Notes: a model not told the origin generated them from the sequence alone. Positions 38,692-52,447 are shown, counted from the whole stretch's first letter. The stretch: 56,805 nt of DNA, filler included, from Sphacelaria rigidula (GCA_964200075.2; 7 parts of 7 records of this genome joined end to end with filler, not necessarily neighbours in it), one strand, 5' to 3'. Numbers and translations: made by a program.

Positions 38692-39073
38692 CTAGTACCG
38701 GATAAAACGAAGCTTTGAACGGTTTAAAGGTGCGTTTGACCCGGTACTAGTTATATAATGCTTGATGTAATTTCGACCCCAGTCCGTCCCCATGGTAAAG
38801 TCTCGTTCCCGTTTCTCAGGATCCTGTACAACATACTATACTTGAAAGAAAAAAACTACGACACCGCCCCTCACGAAGACCTATGAAAAAACTGGTCTAC
38901 AAAAATGGTGATTTCGAGAAGACTCACAGCGACTATGGTGATCGTGGGCACAAATGCATCCGAGAGGTGATTTTGCAAAGACATGTCATCCGTTCTATCA
39001 AGGGATGGCCTCAGAATGGGTCTTAGCGGCATAATAGAGTGGACATCAATCATATTGATGTTTACGATTTATT

Positions 39074-39478
39074 TTCGAAAATGGGGTTGAACATTAAATT
39101 GAAATTCAATTCCAAAATCATGCTTTTCCCTGACCTAAAGTCATAACAAATTATTTTCATATGGACGAGCCCACGCCCCCGACATCCCTGAAACTATTTA
39201 TGGGGATTTCCCGTTTTCCCTCCCCCCAAAGGGAAGGGTATGTGCGAAAGAACCTTGGTGTCTAGATTTCGGGGTGAAAAAAGGGACGCCTTGAGCCCAA
39301 AAATCGTGCTTTCACACATACCCTTGGTGCAGCGGAAGACTGAAACCTCTAAAATTAGTTTCAAGGTGGTCGGGGGGTATGAACTCCTTCATATGAGAGT
39401 CATTTTTCATGACTCAGGTAAGAGGAAAGCACTGTTTTGGAGTTGAACCTCAACTTAATGTCCAACCCCACTTTCGAG
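39074..39478. mobile_element. MITE-like element with ~70-bp imperfect TIRs
   Basis: tcgaaaatggggttgaacattaaattga ... tcaacttaatgtccaaccccactttcga; no clear TSD. Confidence 0.65.
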
Positions 39479-39894
39479 GAGACTCTCTTAGAGAACGACA
39501 AAAAGAAAGACATCATCTGAGACGCGGTAAAACAGCGGAACAAAGGATTTCGTGACGAACGAAGTCAGAAAAAAAATGCGCCACTCGAGATTCAATGCAG
39601 ATCTGGGTATACGAAAAGCAGAGGACAGGAGAGAACGTATGTATCTATTTTAAAGGACTATGGCTGTTTATTTGGTGTTTCGGATGAGCGGATCTGATGA
39701 GAGGGTTGGAATGGGTTTGGGGTTGTTTCAAGGGCTTTTGGTCGAGGGCAGACAGTTTCATCTTAGATCCGTTGAAACAACCAAAGGACGCATCTCGTGG
39801 CAGATACTAAACATATAGTGAGGAAAAACAGAAGCATCGCCTAAAACTGTACGCTTCATGTAGGCACAGACATATCAGGGTATTTTCTACTCCG

Positions 39895-40450
39895 TATTTA
39901 TTTCATTTGTTGAATTAATGCGTTGTTTATCATTATTCAATACACTTATTTCAAATGTTCCCTTTACGACTTCTTATTTATGAAATTCAGTTCTGTGGAA
40001 TTTCATGGAGCTTTACTGATTGAATTTATTTTCATTCATTCTTGTTTCTGTTCGTTGCCTTTACTTCTTAGTTTTTGTTTCTGTTTAGTTTGTCCATCTG
40101 TTTTTGTTCGTTTACTCGAACTATTAATTACATTTTTGCTTCACCTTTTATTTGTATTAATTTGCATTATATGTTTGATGTATTTTGATTTTGATTTGAT
40201 TTGATTTTTTTAATATTTGTATTTATTTACTCTGCTTATTCATTTCCACTCTTTTGTTTCATCCATTTGTATTTATTTATCTATTTTCTATATCATGAAT
40301 TTCGAGTGTTACTTTCACTTTGTTACTATTGATATTGTATTTGATTTTAAAACTCAATTATTCATACTTCTATTATTATTATATTTTTTCATCTAGTATT
40401 ATTTATTTAAATTTCAACAATTTTTGTTTGATTCGTTTTATTTTATTTCT
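39895..40450. repeat. AT-rich, T-skewed low-complexity tract
   Basis: Degenerate ttta/tttg motifs, far lower GC than the flanks. Confidence 0.8.
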
Positions 40451-40549
40451 GCATGTAGGTATGACAAGGGTACGTGGATGGTATGCCTCCCCCCCACCCC
40501 CATCCCCCACCGGCCGCCCCACTCCCTGCCCCCCACTCCCTCTGCAATG

Positions 40550-40649
40550 NNNNNNNNNNNNNNNNNNNNNNNNNNNNNNNNNNNNNNNNNNNNTTAATTA
40601 ATTAANNNNNNNNNNNNNNNNNNNNNNNNNNNNNNNNNNNNNNNNNNNN
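40550..40649. other. Artificial contig linker
   Basis: Same spacer. Confidence 0.97.
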
Positions 40650-40721
40650 TGCATAGATTTATACGCAATCCGTCAATAGCTTTTGCCGTCATCAATAGAT
40701 TTGGTATGGAATCTGTCAATA

Positions 40722-40945
40722 GCCTCCTTCTACGGCGCTTGCCTTCTTTTTCATTGCGAGAGAGGTGTGCGACGGTGCATCTCCCTCGTCAACCTTGAAG
40801 TCGTTTTTGGGTACTCACGACTTCATCGTTCTCCACTTTTGGGCATGATATGAGGGAAAAATCCAAGACTGTGACTTCACCGAAATTGGAACCCACATCC
40901 CAACCCGTCAGAGGGTTTCAAGGTTACCAACTGAGGCACTGGGGC
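40722..40945 (-). mobile_element. SINE family 1 copy
   Basis: Reverse complement ggccccagtgcctcagttggtaacc...gggttccaat plus shared body. Confidence 0.65.
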
Positions 40946-42699
40946 CACCAGTGGAAGTACGGCCTTGAAAAAACGACGGGACCGTTACTTGTCCCGTCGC
41001 CTGGAACAAATCCGGGACGGGAAGGGAAGTGCGGCTCTGAGACAACAATGGGACAGGATATAACCCTAAAATTCCTCGGGACTGGACTGGATCGGGTATG
41101 CCGTCTCGTCCGACGTTTGTCCCGTGAGATTTCCACTCCGTGAGAAGCCCTGGTTTCGTACATATTTTCGGTGGCGTACGTGGAAAGGGACCGTGTAGCG
41201 CTTTTGGCGATAAAAGTAAAGGCACGCACCGCAGAAGGAAGGTGGAGTACCAAAACTAAACAGGACGTAAAAACTCCCGTGTTGGCCTTCCCTCCTGTGC
41301 GACCCCAGCTGATGCGCCCACATATACCGGAAGGTTTAGACTGACTAGCATACAGTGTAGATGAGACGACAAGGCACGCACACCGGGGCTTCGACCCGCT
41401 CAGTTGGACCCTACAAGCACAGGAGGTGGGACACCGCGAAATACGTCGAAAACGGTCGCTATCGTAAAGTAATTACGCGAAATAGGGGGTGGGAATCGCG
41501 GGAAACACCGGATGTTGTAATCGGAAATGGTGCTTGAAAGCAGTGAGGAGCTGTTCAGCTGTAGCTAGGCGACTGTTGCCAGCGTTGGACGTAACGCCCC
41601 CCGCTTCCGCCCTTCCGGTAAAACTGTTCCGAAAATGCGTATATCTCCCAAGGGGGGAGGCGTAACTCATTTGTTGATTGCCTTGGTCGTGTGACCATTT
41701 TCCGCCTGGTACGGCGAAAATCCGGCGTGCTCCGCCTCGGCTTTGTAGTGACGGACTCCTTACGCGGTTGGCAATGACGCTGTAAAGCACGCCACTCACT
41801 GCGCAAGCTAGGCACCCAGGTTACCGTTTTTTTGCGCGCGCTTGCGTTTTGTAGCCATGATGATAATCGAGCTACTGCCGATCATGCTGTGCCGCGTGGG
41901 AGAACCTCAACTCTGCACAACAAAATGGATGATCGTACTACGTAACGTGCAAATAGTGAGACCCATGGGGCAGAGTATAAGCCGTGGCTGTCTCTGGAAG
42001 TGGCGATACCAGAAAATGGAGCAACTCATTGTAGGCTGTTATTCTAATGCAAGATAATCCGTATATCCCCGAAGGGATGGAATTGATCATCTGGAGCCTT
42101 GACTAAGATGTGCAGTACGGTACAGTACAGCACGAGCAGTACAGAACAGGGCAGGACAGTAGCCGTACAATGTACAATACACCAGTGGCGGTACAGGAGC
42201 AGGTACACAGTCCGGGTACGTGTAACCGTAAGAAACATTGTGTACACCACCCAGTACACGATACACAAGGCATACAATATCATCCCCTCGAGACGCCTCA
42301 TCGGGGGACACGTTTTCGCGCAATCTCCTCGGCATCGGAGCAGCACTTGCGACTGACCGTATAATAGAGGTGCAGTGCTGTTGTCTGTGCCAGGCGTCCC
42401 TAGATATATTCTTGCAATCAGTAAACGGTCACACTTGGTTGATAAATTTCGGGGTCTAAAAACTTGTGGCCCTGGACTCGGGGGTGGGGGTGGTAGCGGC
42501 GCACGGACGACACGCCGGTATGATTCAAATGGGTCATGACGCAAAATTATCAAGTTGAATTAGTGGGGTCAATATTTGAGGGTGTTTTGCTCGTGTGACT
42601 GTTCATGTTCCCCCACTTGCACCTTTTTCACAAAGCAAGATTTGTCAAAACCGCCGACGAGGTCGAGCGATTTGTTCCGCTAGGGTTATCTGGACCAGC

Positions 42700-43352
42700 C
42701 CTGAAGTGTAAAAGGATAAATAAATGAGCTTCACTGATTTCCAGTACTTGATGACGCGTGTAGGTATTACAAAAGTTCACCTGATTTAGGGTTCGCTGGA
42801 TAAACGGAAACTCCAGCTCAAATTTCCGTTCCTTTTCTCATGATGTACAGTCAGAATGCCACGGATATTACAACTACAGTATCGTGTGGGTGCTGTTGAG
42901 CGCTATGCGTTTACACGTCTGATAACTCGCAATATTACACTTCAACACCCTTGAAAGATTTGCGATCAATCATCGCCCGAAGAAAGCCCAAAACTACCCG
43001 ACCGTCTGCCGTACCCCAAATTAGTTCGAGTTCGACCTTTTTCACCGTTTTGGGGCATTATCACACAGTGCAACCCCGTACGATCATCGGGGTGTTTGTT
43101 GAAAATGTGCCGGACCGTTGCTGTTGAAGAAACGAAAAGCTGGAAACGCGAAGCACAGCACAGGCACACACGATACCCATGCACCTCGACTACGCGGACA
43201 TAGATACTGGTCATGTACCCCCGTCCCCTGGCCCCCGACCTGTTCAAAATCGCAAAGCGATCAAACGCCTCGCGATCGTCATGTTGGGCCAGGGTCATCT
43301 TGTGTCCCTTGACGAACAGCTTTAAAAGCCAAATATCTTTCGCAAAGTACAA
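42700..43352 (-). pseudogene. hAT-like transposase N-terminal relic with a BED zinc finger
   Basis: RVCLCCASRFQLFVSSTATVRHIFNKHPD (~43085-43175) fits the BED pattern C..C......S.T....H...H; downstream frame is broken. Confidence 0.5.
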
Positions 43353-45316
43353 CTACCGACCACACCTGACCGAAAAGGCATCACTAGCACAGCAGGTAGC
43401 ACCCCCAACACCTTACCCGACACAAGCAGCAGGTATACCATACTTTAGATGTGGAGCTGGGACGGAAACCTAGCCCAAAGACGGCAAGTTTTCGGGAATT
43501 GCATCAAGTTTCAAGCCGTTCGCATGGCACGGTGATACGGAGACCAGCAGGAAGACAGGCCCTTTCCGAAAAGAAAAAAACAAAAGTTGGTCTGCTGTAC
43601 AGACACATACAGACAACAGTAGCATTTAGGGGCGAAAATAGGGCGCACAATGTCCGGTGTCTGCACTACGTTCGTTTCACAGGTCCGCCTTGATGACCAT
43701 GCAGCATGCAGCACTCACCGTCACTAAGTACGGGCCTGAGGTATAGAGATAATGTGTGTCTGGACGTGCATCCCATTCGACCATGAGACACCAGAGGAGC
43801 TATAGCACCTGATTTAGGCACACTCATCTTGACCTATATATATATGCGGCACGGGACTTGGCACTGGGCATGGGTATCCTATTTCATTATCATGAAAAAA
43901 AATCCGGAAAAACTTGTACTCGTGCTAAACAGAAGTTACGTTTATGTTTTCTTTCTCCTTGTACTGATGACTGTATATTATTACTAGTTGGTTTGATAAT
44001 GCAACAAGCCCTCGTGTGTGCGAGTTAGACCGTGGTGTGTATTTACACACTAAACACATTGTGACAAAGCAGCGCACACCACAGGCCCCCAATCCGCGCC
44101 AAATGCTAAAACACATGCAACTGAGAAAACAATTGCCGCCATGACTGTGTGTGCATGCTGAAGCAAGAAAAACAACGGAGGTGATCATTGCTGTTGTCTC
44201 CTGTCTCTTGCATCGGAAACAAAATGAGCAAACCTGAGGGGAAAAAAAAGAAAAAAACACCGAACGAAAGCACCAACACGAGGCAGACGCGACATCGTCA
44301 AGAACTTACCCACGAAAATAGAAATCCCAACAAATAGGTTCTGCGTCTCCGGTGGCTGGATCAGCCTCCATGATCCTCCCATATTTGATTCCTTTCCCTG
44401 AAGCGATAGCCTTTCCCTCCCCGCTCCTTTATCTTCTCGAGACGCGTTGAAAGACCGCCTGAAACCGTACCCGCGTACAAGCTCCCCGGTCGGCCCGGGT
44501 GAATTTCGTGATACTCTATTGTTTGTTTATGAAAGTGGTGGATATTCGACAACGTTCAGACCCGTGATCGAAATCGTATTTATAGTACAACAAACCCCAG
44601 ATGGCCAAAATATCCAGGGATTCGATATGTTTCAAACTCAATACCCTGACTTTACACGAGAACATCTATATTGAAGTGATAGGTGTTTCTTGATAGAATA
44701 GACGGCTGCGAAATAATTGACAATCACACGTGTGTACTGCCGGTGGATTTTCGCAATAGGAAAGCGGACACCTTTCGAGTATGGCCAATATAGGGGTGGC
44801 ACGTTGTCAACTGTCGCTCATATTTGAAAATCTTGCTCTCGTGGGTCAACACCAAGCAAACACTCAGCTAACCGAAGTCTCATCGACCAAGAGTACAGTT
44901 TGTGGGGGGAAAGGCAGGACCATCGGGAAATCACACGGAATGTCTACTTCTTCTCTCAAGGACATTCTCAACCTTGATAAGGTGATGTACACAGCGTTTG
45001 CTCCCTTGAACTGCAAAGCCGGCATTTTGAAAACAGTCTGCGAACAAGCAGACGGTATCTGGTGTTTCTATAGTACGATTTGTAGCACCGGACAGACCTT
45101 ACCCCAGGAAAGTGACGCAGTATAGCACCCCGGGTGATACCCTTTCAACCTTGAGCCCCCCCCATCATACCAGGCAATGCACTGCCAAAATAGCTATCCC
45201 ATCGGTAGATCTCAACAATATACCCCTGAGGCGGGCCCGACTGCACAGTTATCGAAAAAAATGTAGGTTGAAGAGTACTGATGACTTGAGCAGAGGGTGT
45301 TATGCTGTAAACCTTT

Positions 45317-45725
45317 CACATCCTGTACAACTACAAAAGTTGTTAGTTGTTTCTCAAACAACTAAGTGTTCAGAATCGTGTGCAACCACGAATAACTGTT
45401 CCCAATCAACTCATCTCTCCGAATCGTGTGCAACTAGTTGTTTTCAAACAACAGAATGTCCAGAATCGTGAGCAACTAGTTATTTCCAAACAACTAAGGG
45501 TTCAGAATCGTGCGCAACTAGTTGTATCCAACAACTAAGGGTTAAGAGTCGTGTGCAACTAGTTGTTTCCAAACAACTCATCTCTCATGATCGTGTGCAA
45601 TGAGTGTTTCCAAACAACAAATGTCCCAGAATCGTGTGCAATGAGTTGTTCGGAAGCAACTAGCCGGCAGTTGGTCGACAAACAACTAACTTAGTTAGTT
45701 GTTATGTATAGTTGTACAGGGTGTG
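45317..45725. mobile_element. 409-bp MITE with 8-bp TSD AAACCTTT and internal ~39-bp repeats
   Basis: AAACCTTT|CACATCCTGTACAACTA ... TAGTTGTACAGGGTGTG|AAACCTTT; agaatcgtgtgcaactagttg arrays. Confidence 0.88.
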
Positions 45726-45743
45726 AAACCTTTACAGTATGTT

Positions 45744-46589
45744 CACAGGCACCGTATGTAAGGTAGGTACCCGGTAGCGGTATTTGGGACATGTTATAAC
45801 ATACCGATACCGACCCAATCCGATAATTTCAAATGGCATACCTACGATAGCTGCGATACCAGGGTATTTCGCGATTTTCAATACCTACCGTACCCCCCAA
45901 ATCCGGTATCTTGAAATGTCATACCTACGATACCTACGCATACCACGAAATGAGATACCCTGGTAAATACCGGGGGTACGCTTGGTACGGTACCTTACCT
46001 AGGGTGCCTGTGAAAACTTCGACTGCCCAACTTGCACCCAGATCTGAAACGCTTCGCACTGTCAGATGGCAGTTTTGAATTCGGTACAGAAGGTAAGGCA
46101 GGGTCGCGGTACCGGTATTTGGGACATCTCATACCCTACCGATACCCAATACGGTATTTTCGAAACTAATACCCACGATACCTACGGAACCCGGGTATTT
46201 CGAGATTGCAGTACCTACCGTACCCGCCAAATCCGGTATTTTCCAATGCCATACCTGCGATACCTGCGATACCAAGGTATTTCGAAATTTCAATACCTAC
46301 CGTACCCACCCAATCCGGTATCGTGAAATGTCATACCTACGATACCTACGATACCAGGGTATTTCGAGACTTCAATACCTACCGTACCCGCCCAATCCGG
46401 TATCTTGAAATGTCATACCCGCGATACCTGCGATACCAGGGTATTTCGCGATTTTCAATACCTACCTTACCTGCCCAATCCGGCATTTTGAAATGTCATA
46501 CCTACGATACCTACGCATACCACGGTATGAGATACCCTGGTAAATACCGGGGGTACGCTTGGCACGGTACCTTACCTAGGGTGCCTGTG
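45744..46589. mobile_element. 846-bp composite MITE with 8-bp TSD AGTATGTT and an internal duplicate right end at 46012
   Basis: AGTATGTT|CACAGGCACC ... GGTGCCTGTG|AGTATGTT; ~60-bp atacctac internal arrays. Confidence 0.85.
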
Positions 46590-47819
46590 AGTATGTTTTA
46601 TCTAGCGATATGATCCGTCGCCACAAATGCCGGTGAGCAGATGCGCGGATTTCAGAAAATGGACGAGGCCAATACTCCGATTGAGGATCCCGGTAGATTT
46701 CGGGATTAGTGGCAGAATCGGAAACCCCGCCGTATTTTTCCTAGACAGATTCATGCATTTCCGAAGGATTTGCGGATTCCGACAGATTCCGATGGATTAT
46801 GACGGATTTTTCCCTGATATATATGTCGTGATGCTGTCTGTAGACTGCAGTTGTTTAATTTGAAATTCGGCGTGATTCATTACGCAGCGTATGTTTCCTT
46901 GGACCATGTGCACCTATGAGCGGAGCACCAGCATCGCGGCATGGCTTACTGAGGCGATAAACAACTGGGGGAAAACATCAGGAGACATGTACTGTGTCAT
47001 ACTTCGTAGTAAAATAGAGGCTGGTTCATAATTTTCACCCAAAATTGTGCCATCCGCAACTGCCTTCCGCACTACCTACCCAATAGTCGCATACGTGGTA
47101 TCATATTTGACCCCAGTGGGCCAACAAAGAGGGTGACATAGCCATATTTTCGTTGAAGGCCATAGCGGTGGCGTTAAGGGCACAAAGAAAGGCACCTCGA
47201 CCAATCAGCGCACTTTAAATTGTTCTGAAAATGTGAATTCCCGACCCAATTTCTGCTCAATCTCTGCATCCTTCAAATCGCAGTAACCGCCATCAGCTCG
47301 GGAGCCTAACGGAAAAAGAACATCTTTGAAAAGGGTCACTTTAGGAACGAGTCATCCCCCAAATCGCGGTATTTCGGCGATGTGGAGTTTTGGCGTCGTA
47401 CTGTTTCCACTGATGACAGGAACCAAAGACCCAGCAAGCCTCCTGACAGTTTCCCTCATATCTGCTGTGGAAATTAAAAATGTGCCGGCCGCCCTCAAAT
47501 TAACCGGTTTCCAGGGATCCCGAAATAGAAGGGAGAAAAAATGTCGTGTCGGGCTTGTCCAAGAAACATGTGTACAATGTTCGAAAGCGAAACCCGAGAA
47601 TTTGACGCGGTTTTTCTCGCATTTACGCTTAAAATACCCGAAAGAGACATTTTCATACTAAAATGGAGTAGTTAGGGGTTTGCACGTTTCAAGCTCACTT
47701 CCTCGCACAAAATCACTTCACTCTCAAAGCGTGAATGTTCACGCCGATTTCTGCATTTACTCTGAAACTTTGCAAAGATAATTTCAGTACGAACCATTGC
47801 AAAGATTGCAAGAATGGGG

Positions 47820-48022
47820 GCCTCCGACTGTTTTCGCCAGTTATCCGGGGTCCCACGGGCCTGGGACCCCGGATAACTGGCGAAAACAGTCGAAAGACTC
47901 CACTCTGACCAAGTTTTTGTAAGGCCTGAGATCCGGGATAACTGGCGAAAAAAAGTCGAAAGACCCCATTTATATGAATTCTTGTACTGTTCCCTCGGGA
48001 CCCCGGATAACTCGCAAAAAAA
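47820..48022. repeat. Clustered ccggataactggcgaaaa repeats (direct and inverted), probable transposon subterminal region
   Basis: Motif at ~47832(-), 47869, 47933, 48003. Confidence 0.55.
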
Positions 48023-48677
48023 TTGGACATGCAAATCCCAGAGTGTAACCCCCAGAATCGTTGTGAACATTTGCGGATGAATGTCGGGTGAAGAGTGTGA
48101 ACCAGTGCATGCATAACATGATGACATACCTGTTCGCTGAATGCGTGCTACAGACAGTGCATCGTCGCGGATCGGCATGTCGATCACGTCCCTCCAAGCC
48201 AGTAGTAATAATGCTGCACCACATCCCAACGACAACAGTCACACAAAGTAACCGCCTTTTGCCGACCGCCATGGGGACGCTCGAAGCAACGAACCAATCA
48301 AGTACGCACAACCGTGACTTTTCCTGTTTCATTCGTCACGCTGTCCAACCCTTCCCCTTTCTCGGGAGGCGTTCGTGGTCTCATGGGATCAAGCCATCGC
48401 TCCCCCGGTAAGGCACATTTCTTCACACCCTCGACAATACATGATCAATAGTTGCGATAGACATTGAACGTACTGCATGAAGCATAGGCCGACAATGGTT
48501 GCAACAGGCCTTAGTTTTATGCAGTACATGTTGCGTCTATTGCAACTGTTGACCCATGAGTTGTCCAGGGTGTGCATCAAATGAACAAGCTGGAGTTCCT
48601 CTCGACGGAGATTGAGAAAGAGGGGGGGGGGAGGGGGGGGGGGAGGAGTAAAGAGTGGTCGGGTAAGGTACTAGTAG

Positions 48678-48777
48678 NNNNNNNNNNNNNNNNNNNNNNN
48701 NNNNNNNNNNNNNNNNNNNNNTTAATTAATTAANNNNNNNNNNNNNNNNNNNNNNNNNNNNNNNNNNNNNNNNNNNN
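48678..48777. other. Artificial contig linker
   Basis: Same spacer. Confidence 0.97.
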
Positions 48778-48820
48778 AAAAAAAAAACCCACTCCCCCCC
48801 CCCCCCCCCCCCCCCCCCCC

Positions 48821-48887
48821 CTGCTCCGTCTCGCAAGGGATGCGTAGTCAATGGTCAAACGACCAAGGCAAGCAACAAATGAGTCCG
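48821..48887 (+). mobile_element. ATGAGTAC-ended family A, short copy between C tracts
   Basis: Same ~68-bp span as 4187-4254, flanked by poly-C. Confidence 0.7.
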
Positions 48888-49689
48888 CTCCCCCCCTCGA
48901 AAAAAACACAAAAAACAGCCCAAAACTGTTACGAAGATTATGGTCATACCATACATACCGCGCCTGACTGATGTTTGAGTTCAGGCTGCATGAAAAGCGC
49001 CTCATGTGGTCGACTTTTGCGGAAACAAACCCAAGCGTGAGAATTGATTCCCAGCTGCTCGTTGTGCTCGCCTTTTTTTCCATGTCGTTTTACGTGAAGA
49101 TCTTGCCTCCCCAAACCAGCCACATTTTTTTTTTTGGGGGGGGGAGGGGGTTTTCTTACAAAGTTGTAGGTACAGTATTTCATGATCTGTTCCGACGTGT
49201 GGATCCAGTCTCCGCCGGCAACCTCGACGCTGTGCGTCGTAGCTCAGCAGGTGTTTTTCTGTTCCCGAGCACCACCTCCCAATAGAGGGGTGTTCACCAC
49301 TTGGTCGATGAAGAAATTTCTCCGAAACATATTTATTTGAAACAACGCTAATCGTATCAAACCCTAACCCCCACCCAAGACATACCGAGAACTCGGGCGT
49401 GAGGGATGGGAAGCGTTCCTCAGGCAAACGTGTGGCGTTTGCAGACCTCAAAACGGCGTCGCGGGCGCCGATTTTGACGAAAACGCCTTCTGTGCACGCT
49501 AGGGGCAGTTGAGGCTGTCAGCCCCCGCTGAAGATCCAAATATCGGTGTTTACACTCAAGTCAAGTAATAAAATCCCGGGAAGGTTCTAATCGACCACGT
49601 GGTGGGCGCTACTGTCCCAATAACAATGTGTGCGGTGCCTTTTTTTTCCTTTTTTTTCCTTTTTTCTCTTTGAAAGGAGAAGGAAACAA

Positions 49690-49975
49690 ACCTGACCGGG
49701 GTCACACAGGAGGAAGGTCAACATAGCAATTTTTTTTCTTGTTTTTAGTACCCCACTTTCCTTCTGCGGTGCTTGCCTTCTTTTATTCATCGCGCGAAAA
49801 AATTCCAGCAGTGCCTTTCCCTCGTCGGCCGTTGAGTCGAATGTTGTTTACCCACGGCATGATCGCTCTTCACTGTTGGGCATGGTGTGAGAAAAAATCC
49901 CAGATCGCTCAGAGATTTTGAACCCACGATCCAACCGTCGGGAGGTTTCGAGGTTACCAACTGAACCACCGGGGC
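49690..49975 (-). mobile_element. SINE family 1 copy
   Basis: Reverse complement gccccggtggttcagttggtaacctcg...gggttcaaaatc plus shared body. Confidence 0.7.
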
Positions 49976-50321
49976 GGGGCGACAGGCTGTTTGATACGTC
50001 GTACTTGTGTAAATCCCCGAGTTTTCCAGGCGGTATTGTATACCCTGCAGAACATAATCTTGCAAGATTCAGCTGGGGATCCTGGGTAATACCTCAACCT
50101 CATGCGGATCGGGTTAGCTAGCGAGCAGCCTGATGATGGGGGGGGGGAAACCCTTTTTGGGGTGTGTTGGGTATACAGTACTGGGCGGTCTATTTATTTA
50201 GGGGCGTTTTGGGGTTTTTCTCGCGTGTTATCTTCGATAGAAGTCGAAACTGCTAGCACCGGTAGATTTTGGTACAACACAACAGATCATCCTCGAAACA
50301 CAGTGCCCAAGTCAATGTATG

Positions 50322-50790
50322 TCGGTGTCATCGGGCGAAACGAGTAAATACCCTGTTCATCAGGAGGGTGTTATTGACCGTGAAACACAGTTTTTCGGCC
50401 CTAGTGTAATGAGTAGGCAGAATTTCAAAAAAATGAAGCTGTACATTTATTTACAAATTTGATCAGGACGGGCTCGATCAATCGAAAATTCAGAAGAGTA
50501 AGAATCTAGGCTGAAACGTGGCAGTACCCCTGATGACCGGTCAGCCCGTAAGTCACTCAATATTGAGTACGTATGATTTTTTCCTCTTGGAATGTGGAGT
50601 GGATACCAATATCTCCAGATTCCCGATGTGATGAGCGGTGGCGTATGATTTTTTCCTCTTGGGATGTGGAGTGGATACAAATATCTTCAGATTTCTGATG
50701 TGATGAGCGGTGGCAAGCGAAAAGAGCCCAAGAAAATCGCCAATTTCGAAAAATCACAAAACGCCACAAAACGAATAGTTAGACCGCCCG
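50322..50790 (-). repeat. Copy of the 23340-23728 repeat with an internal ~72-bp tandem duplication
   Basis: cgtatgattttttcctcttgg...gatgtgatgagcggtggc twice at 50570-50714. Confidence 0.8.
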
Positions 50791-52055
50791 CTACTGTAGA
50801 GTGAATACCCGGCTATTTACTCTCTCGAGTTTTGTGTTGCGATGATGCGATGTCCAAGTTTACCCAAATAATGTTGGATGAAGTTATATACGATCGCGTT
50901 ACTTCAACCAAGATCTGGGCATTGTTGGGTCCGATCTCGATATTTTTTCAAGTTTTGTGGGTGCTTAGAGTACGATTTTTCGAAATATACCGGAATGTAT
51001 AAAATATCCTACACAACAAACACACCCTAGGATCGTTTCGTAAATGCTTGTTCCGGGAATCGGAGCTGTCGAGATGTAGGGACGCGCCAAAGACGTTTTC
51101 TCCGCAGATATATGTCGGGGACAGACGGTACTTCAATACAGTATGATGAATGCCGTACCGCCCTTGTACTTTGAATGTAGGAAGCGGACTATTTACGATT
51201 CTGGAACAACAATCACCCCGTTTTTGTGATTCGATGAAACGAACAAGCAGCGGTATGAGGTGGAGCTGGGAGAGCGTATGCATGCCTCAGCGTGTGACCA
51301 CGACTACTTCAGTCAGTACCGGCAATGAAGACAGCAACGTCAACGTGTTTTTCTTTCTCTGTCTCTCTGTCTCTCTCTCCCCCCCTTTGTCTCTCGTCCT
51401 TCATATTGTCCCTTCTGTGCCCGAGTTCAAGCATTTTCCTTCCTTCTTTTTTTCTCTCTTCTTCTTTATCTCTCCCTTCTTTTTTTCTCCTTTTTTTTCT
51501 TCTCCCTTCTTTTTTTCCTCTTTTTTTTTCTCTCTATTTTTTCAGGCTCCTCTGTCTGTTGTACCTTCCTGTTTTCTTCACTCTTGTTCAGCGAGTGTTT
51601 TCCGCTCTGGTCACCTTGGGTACGTACGTCTACCTTATGGATAACGACAATGGCTGAATACATCCCTCGGGGATCAGTTAATGTGCGACAATCAATCAAT
51701 CAACCAATGATCCGAATATTTACTTATTTTTATTTACCCAGGGCACGTCGAATTTTATGGATCCACCTATATTCGTTTCGGAATATTTCTTATACAGCAG
51801 GCGTCGTGTGATCCTGCGAACGCAACCAGGTTGGTAGCTGATCACTCAATGTGCGCGAGAGTTTTCTAGGGATGGTGTGACCACGGCTATACATCCCTAG
51901 CAAATACAGTCGATATAATAGTCCATGTGTGACGATAGAGTCAGCCAGGCGTATCACTCAAGTACATAGCTGCCGCCGCCCCTTCCCCTACCCCCTCTCT
52001 ACCCCCTCTCTACCCCCTCCCTTGATTCGGTTCTTTTCTGGCTGGGGCATGACAG

Positions 52056-52181
52056 TCGGCTGTAGGGGGATCTGATGAGGAGCGGGCGCTACGAAAAAAG
52101 AACAAGAAGAAGTCGAAGGAGGATGACCGCTTTGCCGCTGTCAAATCCGCCATCATCAAGCGCTTGGGAGACACGTGCGAT
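52056..52181 (+). CDS. SYP7-type (syntaxin-71-like) Qc-SNARE, exon
   Basis: gacag|SAVGGSDEERALRKKNKKKSKEDDRFAAVKSAIIKRLGDTCD|GTGAGT, phase 0/0. Confidence 0.75.
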
Positions 52182-52212
52182 GTGAGTCTATCTCCCCTGC
52201 CCCCCCCTCCCC

Positions 52213-52447
52213 TGATGCATTAGACAGTAGGGAGAAAACGATGGATGTATTGTACTAGGAGATGGCGGGTGGCCACAGACGGCGAAACAGGACGGGGATA
52301 AGATGTGTAAAAGGTTTTCGTGTAACAGAAACGTATTGAGCGCCTGAATGTTGGAGGTGACTCTATTAGGAGTAGGAACGGTGCTCTGTCCCGAAAGGGA
52401 TGCGTGGTCAATGGTGAAACGACTAAGGCAAGCAACAAATGAGTACC
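52213..52447 (+). mobile_element. ATGAGTAC-ended family A, ~235-bp intronic copy between C tracts
   Basis: Matches ~54915-55150; ends caacaaatgagtacccccc. Confidence 0.75.
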
